Shown: positions 1-9,585 of the stretch, piece by piece | Position numbering within the stretch: position 1 is the first letter of the stretch | How the letters are laid out: every line of letters starts with the position of its first letter | Assembly (NCBI GenBank): GCA_965112155.1 | Contig: OZ218106.1 | DNA length: 64,000 bases | DNA from: Podarcis liolepis | Lineage: Eukaryota | Strand: one strand, 5' to 3' | Made by a program: the position numbers and the translations under genes | The notes under the pieces: model-generated | The model's input: the letters and a program-made list of their open reading frames with translations, nothing else | Told to the model about the DNA's origin: nothing | Databases searched by the model: none

Positions 1-321
1 ACTCATAACTCCAAGAGTTTAAATATAGACATGTTGCTTTAGAATTTTGGCTGTGTGTTTGAAAGCCACATACTGTACTGCAGGCCAGCCCTGCTTTTGT
101 GTGGTGCTCCATGCCAAACTTGTGTATATTGGAAATGGGCTGGTTTCCAACAGCCCTATAAAAAGAAAGGTCCTTAATGTAGCAGCTAGTCCTTTGAGGA
201 AAGGTTGAAAGAAGTGTGAGGCAAATGCTGTGAATGGGTTCAAGTAAGCCAAATGTCTGAGTGATAAGAATCTTGCCATGCTCATAGTATCTCATAAGTT
301 TTTGCCAACTTTATAAAATAA

Positions 322-764
322 TCATGGAACTTTGAAGTGTCAGGCATAGCCCTACTGGCTTTAGCCCAAACGTAGCAGAGTTTTCCTGCACAGCGAGGAA
401 GCTAGTTGCAGCGGTAATGACTAGTCAGCTAGACTCAGAAGAACTATTTACAGGATTTATTAAAAAAGGGAAAAATAAAACCAGCAGAGTTTCTGCATAC
501 AAATAAAAGCAAAATAAATCCTCTCTTTCTCTCTCTCAAAACCATACACAGCACTTCTAACTCCTAACACACCTCACACCAAACTGAGCTAACAATCCCT
601 TGATAACAGAGTTGAGTGCTGGTCGTTAACCAATCAGAGTGAGTAGTTTCTAGGTCAAGCAGACCTGGGCTTTCTGCCAAGAGTAAATTGACACCAGCTT
701 GAGTTAATTGGTGAAGCTAGAATCTGCAAGTTTCCCACGAGAACCAATTAACAGAAACTGAACA
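322..764 (-). repeat. 3' LTR of the Copia element (443 bp)
   Basis: Direct repeat of 5016-5458; AATAAA (minus strand) at 456-461; preceded by the PPT and followed by TSD AATAA. Confidence 0.97.
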
Positions 765-771
765 CCCCCTC
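765..771 (-). other. Polypurine tract GAGGGGG
   Basis: Directly precedes the TG of the 3' LTR; typical Copia PPT ending. Confidence 0.85.
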
Positions 772-817
772 ACAGATTCTGCTGAACAATTAACTCCAAA
801 TACACCTATGTAGGAGA

Positions 818-3800
818 TTATTTTTCCAGCAAACCTAAACCCTTGCACATTCGCTTGTTCTTTATCTTTGCCAATGGTTTAGTTAACACATCTGCTACAT
901 TTTCTTCACTTGATACATAAGTACAGGTGATTACATTGTCTTGTACACAGCAACATACATTTTGGTATTTTACAGAGATATGTTTGGAACGCGATTTGAA
1001 GCCCTCTGTTTTACTTAAGGTTATACAAGCTTGATTATCAATGTAAACTTGTACTGGTTCTCCATAATTTACATTTAAATCTGCTAACAAATGCTTGAAA
1101 TAAATCACCTCGTTGCACAATTCACTCAATGCGGCGTACTCTGATTCCGTTGATGACACACTTACAACGTCTTGCTTGCGTGACCGCCAGCTGATTAAAG
1201 CTCCACCGACCGTTATGACTAGTCCTGTGACAGATTTTCTATCTGGCAAATTTCCCCAGTCACTATCACAGTAGCAACTCAACATTTCGTCCTCGGAAGA
1301 ATTTAATTGTAACATATAGCCAATTGTCTGTTTGAGATACCTCAGAACTTGTTTTACCCCTTTCCAGGCATTTAGTGTGGGTTTTGAGACCAATCTACTT
1401 AATATGCCTACTGCGTAGCTAATATCAGGTCTGGACCACTGTGCTAAATACAATAAACTTCCAATTACAGAGTGATATACATCAGGATGTTCAAATTCAG
1501 GACTCTCATCTATGTGAAGTGTTTTTATGAAACCTGGATCCATAGGCACCACTGCCCCTTTGCAATCCTGCATCCTGTACGTAGTCAGTAGTTGTTTAAC
1601 TTTGTTCTGCTGACTAATTAGGCAGCTGCCATCTTGGGCCCAGCACACTTCCAACCCTAGATATGTCCTAACCGGGCCTAAGTCTTTCATTTTGAACTTA
1701 CTGGACAATTGCTTGGCAAACCTTTTAGTTTGTTTATCTGTTTTGCAGGCATACAAAACATCATCTACATAAATCAGACAAAATTCTTGATCACTGCCTG
1801 TACCACGTACATAAACACAATTGTCAGCTGTACTCTGCTTGAAACCAAATGACACTAAGGCCTCATGGAAACATTTGTTCCAAGATCTTGCAGCCTGTTT
1901 GAGACCATATAGAGCTTTGTTTAATTTCAACACTCTATTGGAACCTGTCTCATAACCAGGCGGTTCGGCTAGATACAGGTCTTCTGATATTGATGCATGT
2001 AAATATGCAGTCTGAATGTCAAAATGGTTTAACAGGAGTTTTCTCTTTGCTCCAAGCGTTAAAATCAGCCTTACACTGTCCCCCTTAGCAGTAGGGGAAA
2101 AAGTTTCGTCATAATCTTTTCCAGGCCTCTGAGAATATCCTTGAGCCACTAAACGAGCTTTGTATTTGTACTCTCCTGTCACCAGAGGTTTAAGTTTGTA
2201 CACCCACCTGCAGCCTACAATCTTTGCCCCCTCAGGCGCTGCTACTGGTGTAAAAACCTTGTGCTCATTCAGAGAGGACATCTCTTCCTCCATTGCCTGT
2301 TTCCAGCACTCTGCCTCCTCTTTTGGTAACTTTAACACCTCCTGAAAACTCTTGGGTTCTGCAATTACACTAAACACGTTTGCAGTATCTGGAGAAAAAC
2401 GCACCGGAGGCACTCCTTTGTTTTGTCTTTTAGATCTTCTGGGAGAAAATTTTTCTTCTGACCCACTTTCCTCCTCAGAACTACGACCTCTCTTTTGTTG
2501 CTTAGCAACTGGTCTCTGGCTAATTCCACTTTCTTGAGAGCTCTTATCTGAACTTTCCTCCCCCTCAGACTCTGATTCTCTGTGTCTACCTTCAGAGTCA
2601 TGGAGCTCCTGGGAAGGTTCAAACCAAACCTCAGTATTGGCATGTAGTCTCTCCCAGCCACTATGTTCACAAAAACTGGCATTCCTGGAGATCACAATGC
2701 CATTTGTCCCTTCAGCAAAGCGGAAACCTTTTCCCAGCTCCTGGTAACCCACAAACACTAACTGTTTGGTCTTAGGATCTCCCTTTTTCCTCATTTGTTT
2801 CGGAATTAATACCCAGGCTTTTGATCCAAACACATGCAAATGGTCAATTTTAGGTTTTTTCTGAAACAATTTAAAGTACGGAGTTGTACCTATTGTTTGA
2901 TGAAAGAGCCTATTTTGGAGATAACACGCGGTGAGCATGCTCTCCCCCCAATAAGACATGGGCAAATCAGCATCAGCAAGCATGGCAAACATCATATCTT
3001 GTAAAGATCTGTTTTTTCGCTCTGCAACGCCATTCTCCTCTGGGGAAAAAACGTTCGTTTTTCTATGCCCAATGCCACGCTTTTGTAACCAATCTTTAAA
3101 GGCATTTGACATAAATTCACCACCTCTGTCCGTCTGTATCCTTTTGAGTTTAATGGACAGAAATCTTTCCACAGATGCCACCCAGCCTTTAAACTTAGTG
3201 AACACGTCACCCTTATTCTTCATGGGAAAAACCCAAGAATAACGCGTGGCGTCATCCACAATTGTTAGTGAAAAACGCGATCCACCCCTGCTTACAGCAA
3301 ATGGACCAATTACGTCCATGTGAACCAGCTGTAGCGGTGACTCACTAACTCTGTCACTTCTGGGGTAAGAGACTCTGTGGGTTTTAACCTTTTTACAGAC
3401 ATTACAATCAAGGTACTTGTTACAACTCTTTAAATTACCCCCATCAGCCAATTCAGACATTTTTAGTACACTTTTCCAGCAGGCATGCCCCATTTTCCTA
3501 TGCAATAAGTGCACACAGTTGTCATGTATAGCTTTGTTATTCACTGCAGGCTGAGATTTACTGACTACTGCTGCAACTTGAGATCCTGCTTTAAGCCAAA
3601 ACAAGCCTCCCTCTGACTTAGCAGTGCCTAAAATCTCACCAGCCTTCTTAATAATGCAACTGTCTCCTTCAAAATACACTTTAAACCCAGCTTTTAGCAA
3701 ACAATCTACAGACATCAGATTGCTCCTTAATGACGGCACACAAAGTACATTTTGCAGGCATTCACGAAGACAAGGAACAAAAACTGCACCCCCCGAAATC

Positions 3801-4780
3801 ACTTCGGAAGTACTTCCGTCTGCTAGAGCCACCTGGCTGCGCTGTGCTGAGTTCTTGGAAACAAATAATTCATCTGAATTCACGATGTGGCGAGATGCTC
3901 CCGAATCGACCACCCAGACCGCTTGTTTCTCATCAGCAATCTTGACCTCGCCGGTCACCAGCTGAGCCGACTGTTTTCGTTTGAAGAATTTCTTTTTACG
4001 CTGCTGCTGCTGCTGATCTCGTCTCTGCTCCTGCACCGGCAACTGAGACTTGACCAACTCCGGACATTGTCGTTTTAGATGCGCTGAAGACCCACATCGG
4101 AAACAACGCCTAACAGCAAACGCTGACTCTACACCAGTACGCTGCTTTTGCTTCACCTCTGGCACGGCATGAGAACTCCTTCCAAACCGCCCACCTGTAG
4201 AAGCCTCTGCAGCCAACGATCTTTCTTGCCTCTTCTGCCATTCTTCAATCAAACGCCCAGTAACGTAACTGACTGATAAATCACGCTCCTGTATGCCTTC
4301 TAGAGACAAAACTAAATTATCCCAGCTTTCCGGGAGAGAACTCAAAATAATAGCCACCTTCTCCTGCTGGTCTAGTGCACAGTCTCTTTCCTGTAGCGCA
4401 GAAAACTTTAACTGTAAACTGTGTAGGTGTTCTTGCATTGTAACCCCAGGCTGTAACATTGCCTTGTACAATGCCTTGCGAATGAACAGCTTGGAAACCG
4501 CTGTCTCACGCACATGGAGTTCTTTAAGTGCTTGCCACACACCTCTAGCTGTCTTGATTCCCCTCACATACGGCAACTGGGAATCTTCCAGCCCCAAGAC
4601 AATTGTGGCCCTTGCTCTTTGGTCTTTATCGAGGTCTTCATCATCAGGCTTCGCAGGAAACTTACTCACCACTTGCCAGAGACGATCCCTCTGCAGCACT
4701 GCCTGCATGCGTTCCGACCACAGCAAGTAATTGGAGTCATTCAGACGCTCAAAAGCCATCTGAACTGGTTGTGAGGCCAT
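818..4780 (-). CDS. Copia Gag-Pol polyprotein, 1320 aa, uninterrupted
   Basis: Copia gag N-terminus (LNDSNYLLWSERM); CCHC zinc knuckle CFRCGSSAHLKRQC (4064-4105); aspartic protease VVDSGAS (DSG at 3899-3907); integrase HHCC (HRKMGH...CNVC) and D-D-E (HMDVIG, TDRGGEF, ENGVAER); GKGF (GKGY-type) motif; RT motifs YKARLVAQG, LYGLKQA and YVDD (1760-1771); RNase H YCDSDW...SEY...IDNQ...ADVLTK. Confidence 0.98.
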   Translation of the reverse strand: MASQPVQMAFERLNDSNYLLWSERMQAVLQRDRLWQVVSKFPAKPDDEDLDKDQRARATIVLGLEDSQLPYVRGIKTARGVWQALKELHVRETAVSKLFIRKALYKAMLQPGVTMQEHLHSLQLKFSALQERDCALDQQEKVAIILSSLPESWDNLVLSLEGIQERDLSVSYVTGRLIEEWQKRQERSLAAEASTGGRFGRSSHAVPEVKQKQRTGVESAFAVRRCFRCGSSAHLKRQCPELVKSQLPVQEQRRDQQQQQRKKKFFKRKQSAQLVTGEVKIADEKQAVWVVDSGASRHIVNSDELFVSKNSAQRSQVALADGSTSEVISGGAVFVPCLRECLQNVLCVPSLRSNLMSVDCLLKAGFKVYFEGDSCIIKKAGEILGTAKSEGGLFWLKAGSQVAAVVSKSQPAVNNKAIHDNCVHLLHRKMGHACWKSVLKMSELADGGNLKSCNKYLDCNVCKKVKTHRVSYPRSDRVSESPLQLVHMDVIGPFAVSRGGSRFSLTIVDDATRYSWVFPMKNKGDVFTKFKGWVASVERFLSIKLKRIQTDRGGEFMSNAFKDWLQKRGIGHRKTNVFSPEENGVAERKNRSLQDMMFAMLADADLPMSYWGESMLTACYLQNRLFHQTIGTTPYFKLFQKKPKIDHLHVFGSKAWVLIPKQMRKKGDPKTKQLVFVGYQELGKGFRFAEGTNGIVISRNASFCEHSGWERLHANTEVWFEPSQELHDSEGRHRESESEGEESSDKSSQESGISQRPVAKQQKRGRSSEEESGSEEKFSPRRSKRQNKGVPPVRFSPDTANVFSVIAEPKSFQEVLKLPKEEAECWKQAMEEEMSSLNEHKVFTPVAAPEGAKIVGCRWVYKLKPLVTGEYKYKARLVAQGYSQRPGKDYDETFSPTAKGDSVRLILTLGAKRKLLLNHFDIQTAYLHASISEDLYLAEPPGYETGSNRVLKLNKALYGLKQAARSWNKCFHEALVSFGFKQSTADNCVYVRGTGSDQEFCLIYVDDVLYACKTDKQTKRFAKQLSSKFKMKDLGPVRTYLGLEVCWAQDGSCLISQQNKVKQLLTTYRMQDCKGAVVPMDPGFIKTLHIDESPEFEHPDVYHSVIGSLLYLAQWSRPDISYAVGILSRLVSKPTLNAWKGVKQVLRYLKQTIGYMLQLNSSEDEMLSCYCDSDWGNLPDRKSVTGLVITVGGALISWRSRKQDVVSVSSTESEYAALSELCNEVIYFKHLLADLNVNYGEPVQVYIDNQACITLSKTEGFKSRSKHISVKYQNVCCCVQDNVITCTYVSSEENVADVLTKPLAKIKNKRMCKGLGLLEK

Positions 4781-5005
4781 CTTGAGAGCGATGTCCCTGG
4801 AACCCGGAACCAGCTACTCACGACCACCGAGAGAGAGAACAGGAACCACAGCACCCAGCACTCACACGCTGCAGCTGTTGTCCTTGTGTCCGCTGCGTCA
4901 CCAGCTCACCACGGTCAGGAACCAGCCAGGAACAACAACCTCTGGAACTACTGGAACCAACGCCGTTGATGCTGACACCACCGCAACTCAGGCTGGCAGC
5001 ACAAT

Positions 5006-5015
5006 GCCCATAACC
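5006..5015 (-). other. Primer-binding site GGTTATGGGC, complementary to the anticodon arm (nt ~30-39) of initiator tRNA-Met
   Basis: Immediately abuts the 5' LTR end; matches the start of the Drosophila copia-type PBS (GGTTATGGGCCCAG) and is the reverse complement of tRNAiMet GCCCAUAACC. Confidence 0.88.
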
Positions 5016-5458
5016 TCATGGAACTTTGAAGTGTCAGGCATAGCCCTACTGGCTTTAGCCCAAACGTAGCAGAGTTTTCCTGCACAGCGAGGAAGCTAGT
5101 TGCAGCGGTAATGACTAGTCAGCTAGACTCAGAAGAACTATTTACAGGATTTATTAAAAAAGGGAAAAATAAAACCAGCAGAGTTTCTGCATACAAATAA
5201 AAGCAAAATAAATCCTCTCTTTCTCTCTCTCAAAACCATACACAGCACTTCTAACTCCTAACACACCTCACACCAAACTGAGCTAACAATCCCTTGATAA
5301 CAGAGTTGAGTGCTGGTCGTTAACCAATCAGAGTGAGTAGTTTCTAGGTCAAGCAGACCTGGGCTTTCTGCCAAGAGTAAATTGACACCAGCTTGAGTTA
5401 ATTGGTGAAGCTAGAATCTGCAAGTTTCCCACGAGAACCAATTAACAGAAACTGAACA
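5016..5458 (-). repeat. 5' LTR of the Copia element (443 bp, TGTTCAG...CCATGA)
   Basis: Direct repeat of 322-764 with no differences seen by eye; AATAAA on the minus strand at 5150-5155; bounded by the TSD and PBS. Confidence 0.97.
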
Positions 5459-5664
5459 AATAATGCTATAAATAATACAATCAATAGTTTTTTTGGGGGG
5501 CGGCTTATTTTTTTAATGCAACTATATGTGAAGTACTTCAATTTGAAAGTAGATTTCCCATCCTGTACTCAAATTTCATCAGAAAAGACAGCAATATGTA
5601 AGGCACAAAACAGTGCCTAGGATAAATTGTTCTCACCATGGAACTATTATACCGTTGTATACAG

Positions 5665-6098
5665 CAGGGATGTCCAACCAGTCGATCGGAATTGACTGCT
5701 CAATCCCCGGGAGGTTTCTGTCGATCACTGTCGATCGCGTGGTCTTTTTCCTTTGCGGAGGCAAAACAGCGCCTGGCCCCGCCCCCTCTCCCCGCCCTTC
5801 ATTCGCACATGACCGCTAGAACAGAAGACAGAGCTTTTTCTGTGAGACTGATTGTTTCCTGAGCATTTTTTTGGGTGAGCGACTTTCCCCTTTCCCCCTT
5901 ATAGATAGCTGAACATTTCTGTCTCTCCTCCCTAAAAAACCTCAACTACTTAGATCTGAACCCCCAAAAGGTGAAGAACTTTGACTTTCCTCCCTAAAAA
6001 CAACAACTGTGACCTGAACCCCTAAAAAGGGGGGTAGATCACTGCCAGTTTTTTATTCTGTGAGTAAATCGCAGTCTCTTGGGATTTGGACATCCCTG
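5665..6098. mobile_element. Non-autonomous hAT (Charlie-like) DNA transposon / MITE, 434 bp
   Basis: 13-bp perfect TIRs CAGGGATGTCCAA...TTGGACATCCCTG; 8-bp TSD GTATACAG at 5657-5664 and 6099-6106; CpG-rich subterminal GTCGATC repeats. Confidence 0.92.
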
Positions 6099-7449
6099 GT
6101 ATACAGCGTTGCACTGAGGGTGGTATATACATTTCCTTCCAGATACACTCACGTGTATCTCCCCACCCACCACAATTTTATATAGGCCTGGTCTGTTACA
6201 GAGGATTTTGACAAACACATAGATAGGAATTTTGAATAGATTAATAAACCTATTCCTAGATTTCTTGTCCCTAAATGGTTTGGATTCCTGCACATAAACT
6301 TACCTTATTGTCTTGTGGTTACAAAAGTCTTTTCACACATCCAGTGACTGTGTGAAGAGAAGCAAATGGGATTATACATTGCTGTCCCATTTCTGACCTC
6401 CAAATATTCACCTGAAGATCTGAATAGGGCCTATATATGCACAAGTTGTATGTATACAGGCTGTGTGTGCATGGCTGAGGACTTTTCCCAGGCTTCTGGT
6501 CATGTTGAGAGGCATGTTGTATCAACACAAACTCTTCTCAAGACCCCTTTTCAGGCATTATTGGAACTTGTAGGTGAAGGCTGGATCATATGTGGATGAT
6601 GTCCACACATATAAGTCTGTAAGAGCCCCGGCATCTACAGTTGCACATGCAGTCAGGCGTCTTGCTTTTCCAGGGTTTTCAGTTGCATGAAGAGAGCTGT
6701 CCAGGTGCATAGTTTATCACACTCAGGGGCTCTTTCAGACCTTATAGTGAACACATGGAAGATGGACATCCACAATCCTGCAAACACACCCTCCACGCAT
6801 TCAGGTACAAGCTGTCTTTACACTCGTACCCTGTGTTCCCTGGTTGATTTGTATAGCTCAGCTACTGTGCACATACCCTACAATTGTTGAACATCAAGCT
6901 CAACTGCTTGTATATATATTATGGGTGGGGAAATATTTTGTAGTGCAGGGTCCACAGTCCCCTCAATGCAACCTGGAGGAAGGGAACAGAGGTAAAAGGC
7001 AGCACAATTAATGTTGATTTTATCATTGCATAGCAGGCTAGGTCTACATACACTCACACAGCTTCCTCTATTCTCCAAATAGCAAGCAAAGTGGCATTGT
7101 CAAAGTTCATGTACATATTCCAGCCAGGTCAAAACATTCAAGGAAGGTGAAAGCAGGGCCAGAGAGGAGTGTGGTCTGGGAAAAGAAGGCCTTGGAAGGG
7201 TTGTGATTACCACATACAAAGGACTTGGGCACCTCTGCTATACACACTAAGTGCTACTGGACCTAGTGGGGCTTATGTCCAAGTCAACATGCATGTAGGC
7301 TGGAGATGCAAGTTTCTGGAGTGATTCAAAGAGCATCTACAAAAGGACTTCTCTCTCTGCCACCTGTACAACTGCTTGCTGAAGGTAAGTCCCCAGGGTA
7401 TCCGAGGGCCTCATCCAGGGTGCTTTGGCCTTCACAGCTGTAGCCACCC

Positions 7450-8900
7450 CTGAGGACAGAAGCAGCACAGATCAACTAACAAATCTGAGTGGCCAATATT
7501 TTTCCTACCAGTACCATGGCAGAATATACTAATGCAGATGCTAAATTTCCTCAATTCTCCTCTTTCTTACCATGCTAGGAAACAGTCCTTTGTCAATGGG
7601 GAACTTGTGGCCCTCCAGATTTCGCATGATCTCTGGGGTGTACAGAAAGGTTGCCACCTTTGCTTGGGCAAAATAAGGGACAGCAAACCTGGTTATTGTG
7701 ATGAACCTTTGGGTCAGCAGCTGATGATTGCTGTCATGGGCAGTACATTGACTCAGCACTGCCATCTCTATCTGTCATATCTCTCCTCTGGACTGAGCTC
7801 ACAGGCTGACAGCTTTCACCAGTTAGAGGGAAGTGGTACAAAGCAGATGATTGCCAAAGCATACCCACTAACACTCTCCACACAGAAACCAGACTGCTGC
7901 TTGTACACAGGCCACACAAATGACAACACTGAGGAGTCATCTTGGATATTTCACTAAAGTATGGGTTTTTTCCCTATTATTGTTTATGTGTGGTGGTGGC
8001 AGAGGAAAAAAGCAATATTTTGAGCACATTAGAATACCAGCTGAGTAAGTCCAATGCTGTGTGGCAGTATAAACAAAAATCTATAAAAAATAAAACAGTA
8101 ACTGCACCACTATAAATGGTAAGTTCAGAAAGGCTCTTTAAATACATGTACATTTTTGTTGAGAACATAGGAGATTCTTCTGTTGCTTTGCCTTCTTTGC
8201 CTTCTGCGACATAATTTCATTTCCTTGTGTTGTATACCATCCTCTGGTCTTATTTCCTTTTTGCTTAACATTTTCTCATTAAATTTTAGTAACCAACTGA
8301 TGTCTAGAGAGCTTATCACCAAAGCATTTTTTTTAAAGTCATACACAGCCTTCCAGAGCAGCTGAAACAAAAACCATCCTATGAGTTACATAAAACTATG
8401 TTTATAGTTCCATCTGTCATTGTAAAGATTTTTTGTGTGGAATGGCGATAAGAGGTTCACTTAGATAGTCAAGTAAGAAGAAGAAAATGTTTCATTGTAA
8501 CTTTCTTGTTTATGCTGTCATGAAAGTAGGTCAAATGGAAGTCCACCATGGTGTGTCATCGTTTCCCTTCTCCGTGTAAGCTTACAACTGATGCCTGTAA
8601 GCTATAAATTGTCTCAAGCCGTAGCACATTTTGGCCAGTAGATGTCTCCCTTGTACTCATCCAGTGACTGTCATAAAAACCAAAATGCATAAATTCTAAA
8701 CGGCCAATAAATACTTTAACAGAGATGCATAAAGTTTGGGCTTCGCTTTTAAAGGAACATATATTTATATTAAAAACAGCACTGTGGTTGCAGATATCCA
8801 AGGCCAAAATCTGATACCGCAGAACAGAACATGCAGGTCCCATAACTAAATTTTCCAGTGCATCCTGACCTCCAACAGGAGTTCTCTTCAGAGTTACAAT
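7450..8900 (-). mobile_element. Possible highly degenerate LINE (RTE-X-like) fragments
   Basis: Minus-strand peptide FAQAKVATFLYTPEI resembles the post-RT LINE motif (F.AKV...LLYG.EIW); FVSAALEGCV near 8380 resembles an endonuclease C-terminus. Similarity is weak and judged by eye. Confidence 0.25.
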
Positions 8901-9265
8901 CAGCATTTCTCCAAGAAGTGTTCACTCTCCTTTGTATCTTCTTGGTATATTTCTTCTTTCTTTTCAGATTTACTTTCCAACACTCAACATTCCATGTCTG
9001 CTGAGCATGCTCAGACCTTCTTCAGCAGGGTTTTTTGTGGGTTGCCGCTTTAGTTTTTTTTTTAAGTGTTTTTTATGTTTCTTGTCTGCATGTCCCAGGG
9101 TTCCCTTGAGCCTCCTGTTAATTCCATTTTGGCTGCATTTCTTCTGGCGCTCACCACTTGAGTCTGCTAGTAGAAGGAGTGATGGAATGTTTTGGGGAAG
9201 ATGAGTTGTTATTCTTAAAATTTCTCAAGGATTAGAAGATGGCATCTATGGCCTTAGCAACCTAG

Positions 9266-9437
9266 AGAGCTGCCTTATGCAGAGCTAGAGCAATGACTCC
9301 TCTAGCTCAGTTTTGCCTATATTGATTTCCAGTATTTCAGGAAGGAATCTTCCCCTACCTGAAGCTGCCAGGGACTGAACCCAGGATCTTGTTCCTGCAA
9401 AGCCGAATGCTCTTATACTGAGTTACACCACTTCCCC
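9266..9437 (-). mobile_element. tRNA-derived SINE (Squam3-like), degenerate
   Basis: Reverse-complement B-box (GGGACTGAACCCAGG) and A-box region; GCTGCCTTAT tail shared with other copies in the window. Confidence 0.5.
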
Positions 9438-9530
9438 ATTTATTATTATGACATCTGATACTCAGTTGCACATCCCAAACAGGTCAGCTATTGAGTTTTA
9501 TGTCCCCAGCCTAGTTGCCTTGAGATGTCT

Positions 9531-9585
9531 AATCATAGAATCATAGGACTGTAGAGTTGAAAGGAACCATGTGGGTCATCTAGTC
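9531..9585 (-). mobile_element. CR1 LINE 3' end remnant
   Basis: ATCATAGAATCATAG (reverse of the ATTCTATG tail) followed by AGAGTTGAAAGGAACC...GGTCATCTAGTC. Confidence 0.7.

Larger units (their letters stand above)
322..5458 (-). mobile_element. Full-length Ty1/Copia LTR retrotransposon (5137 bp), apparently intact and recently inserted
   Basis: Two 443-bp direct repeats (322-764, 5016-5458); 5-bp TSD AATAA at 317-321 and 5459-5463; PBS next to the 5' LTR; PPT next to the 3' LTR; single gag-pol ORF with the Copia domain order PR-IN-RT-RH. Confidence 0.98.

Noticed and set aside
2160-5069. Plus-strand ORFs antisense to the Copia polyprotein and leader (e.g. 4293-4730, 4782-5069)
   Set aside because: Expected shadow ORFs of a long coding frame; no recognisable domain, and no env-like ORF between pol and the 3' LTR (only ~50 bp available).
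7300-7392. Consensus splice donor AAG|GTAAGT with a short open frame upstream
   Set aside because: No convincing acceptor, and the peptide resembles nothing recognisable; such sites occur by chance in 64 kb.
8993-9030. Minus-strand CTGAAGAAG followed by the palindrome CTGAGCATGCTCAG, resembling a hammerhead 5' core and stem II
   Set aside because: No GAAA or cleavage triplet follows (CAGAC instead) and there is no stem I; at most a dead remnant.
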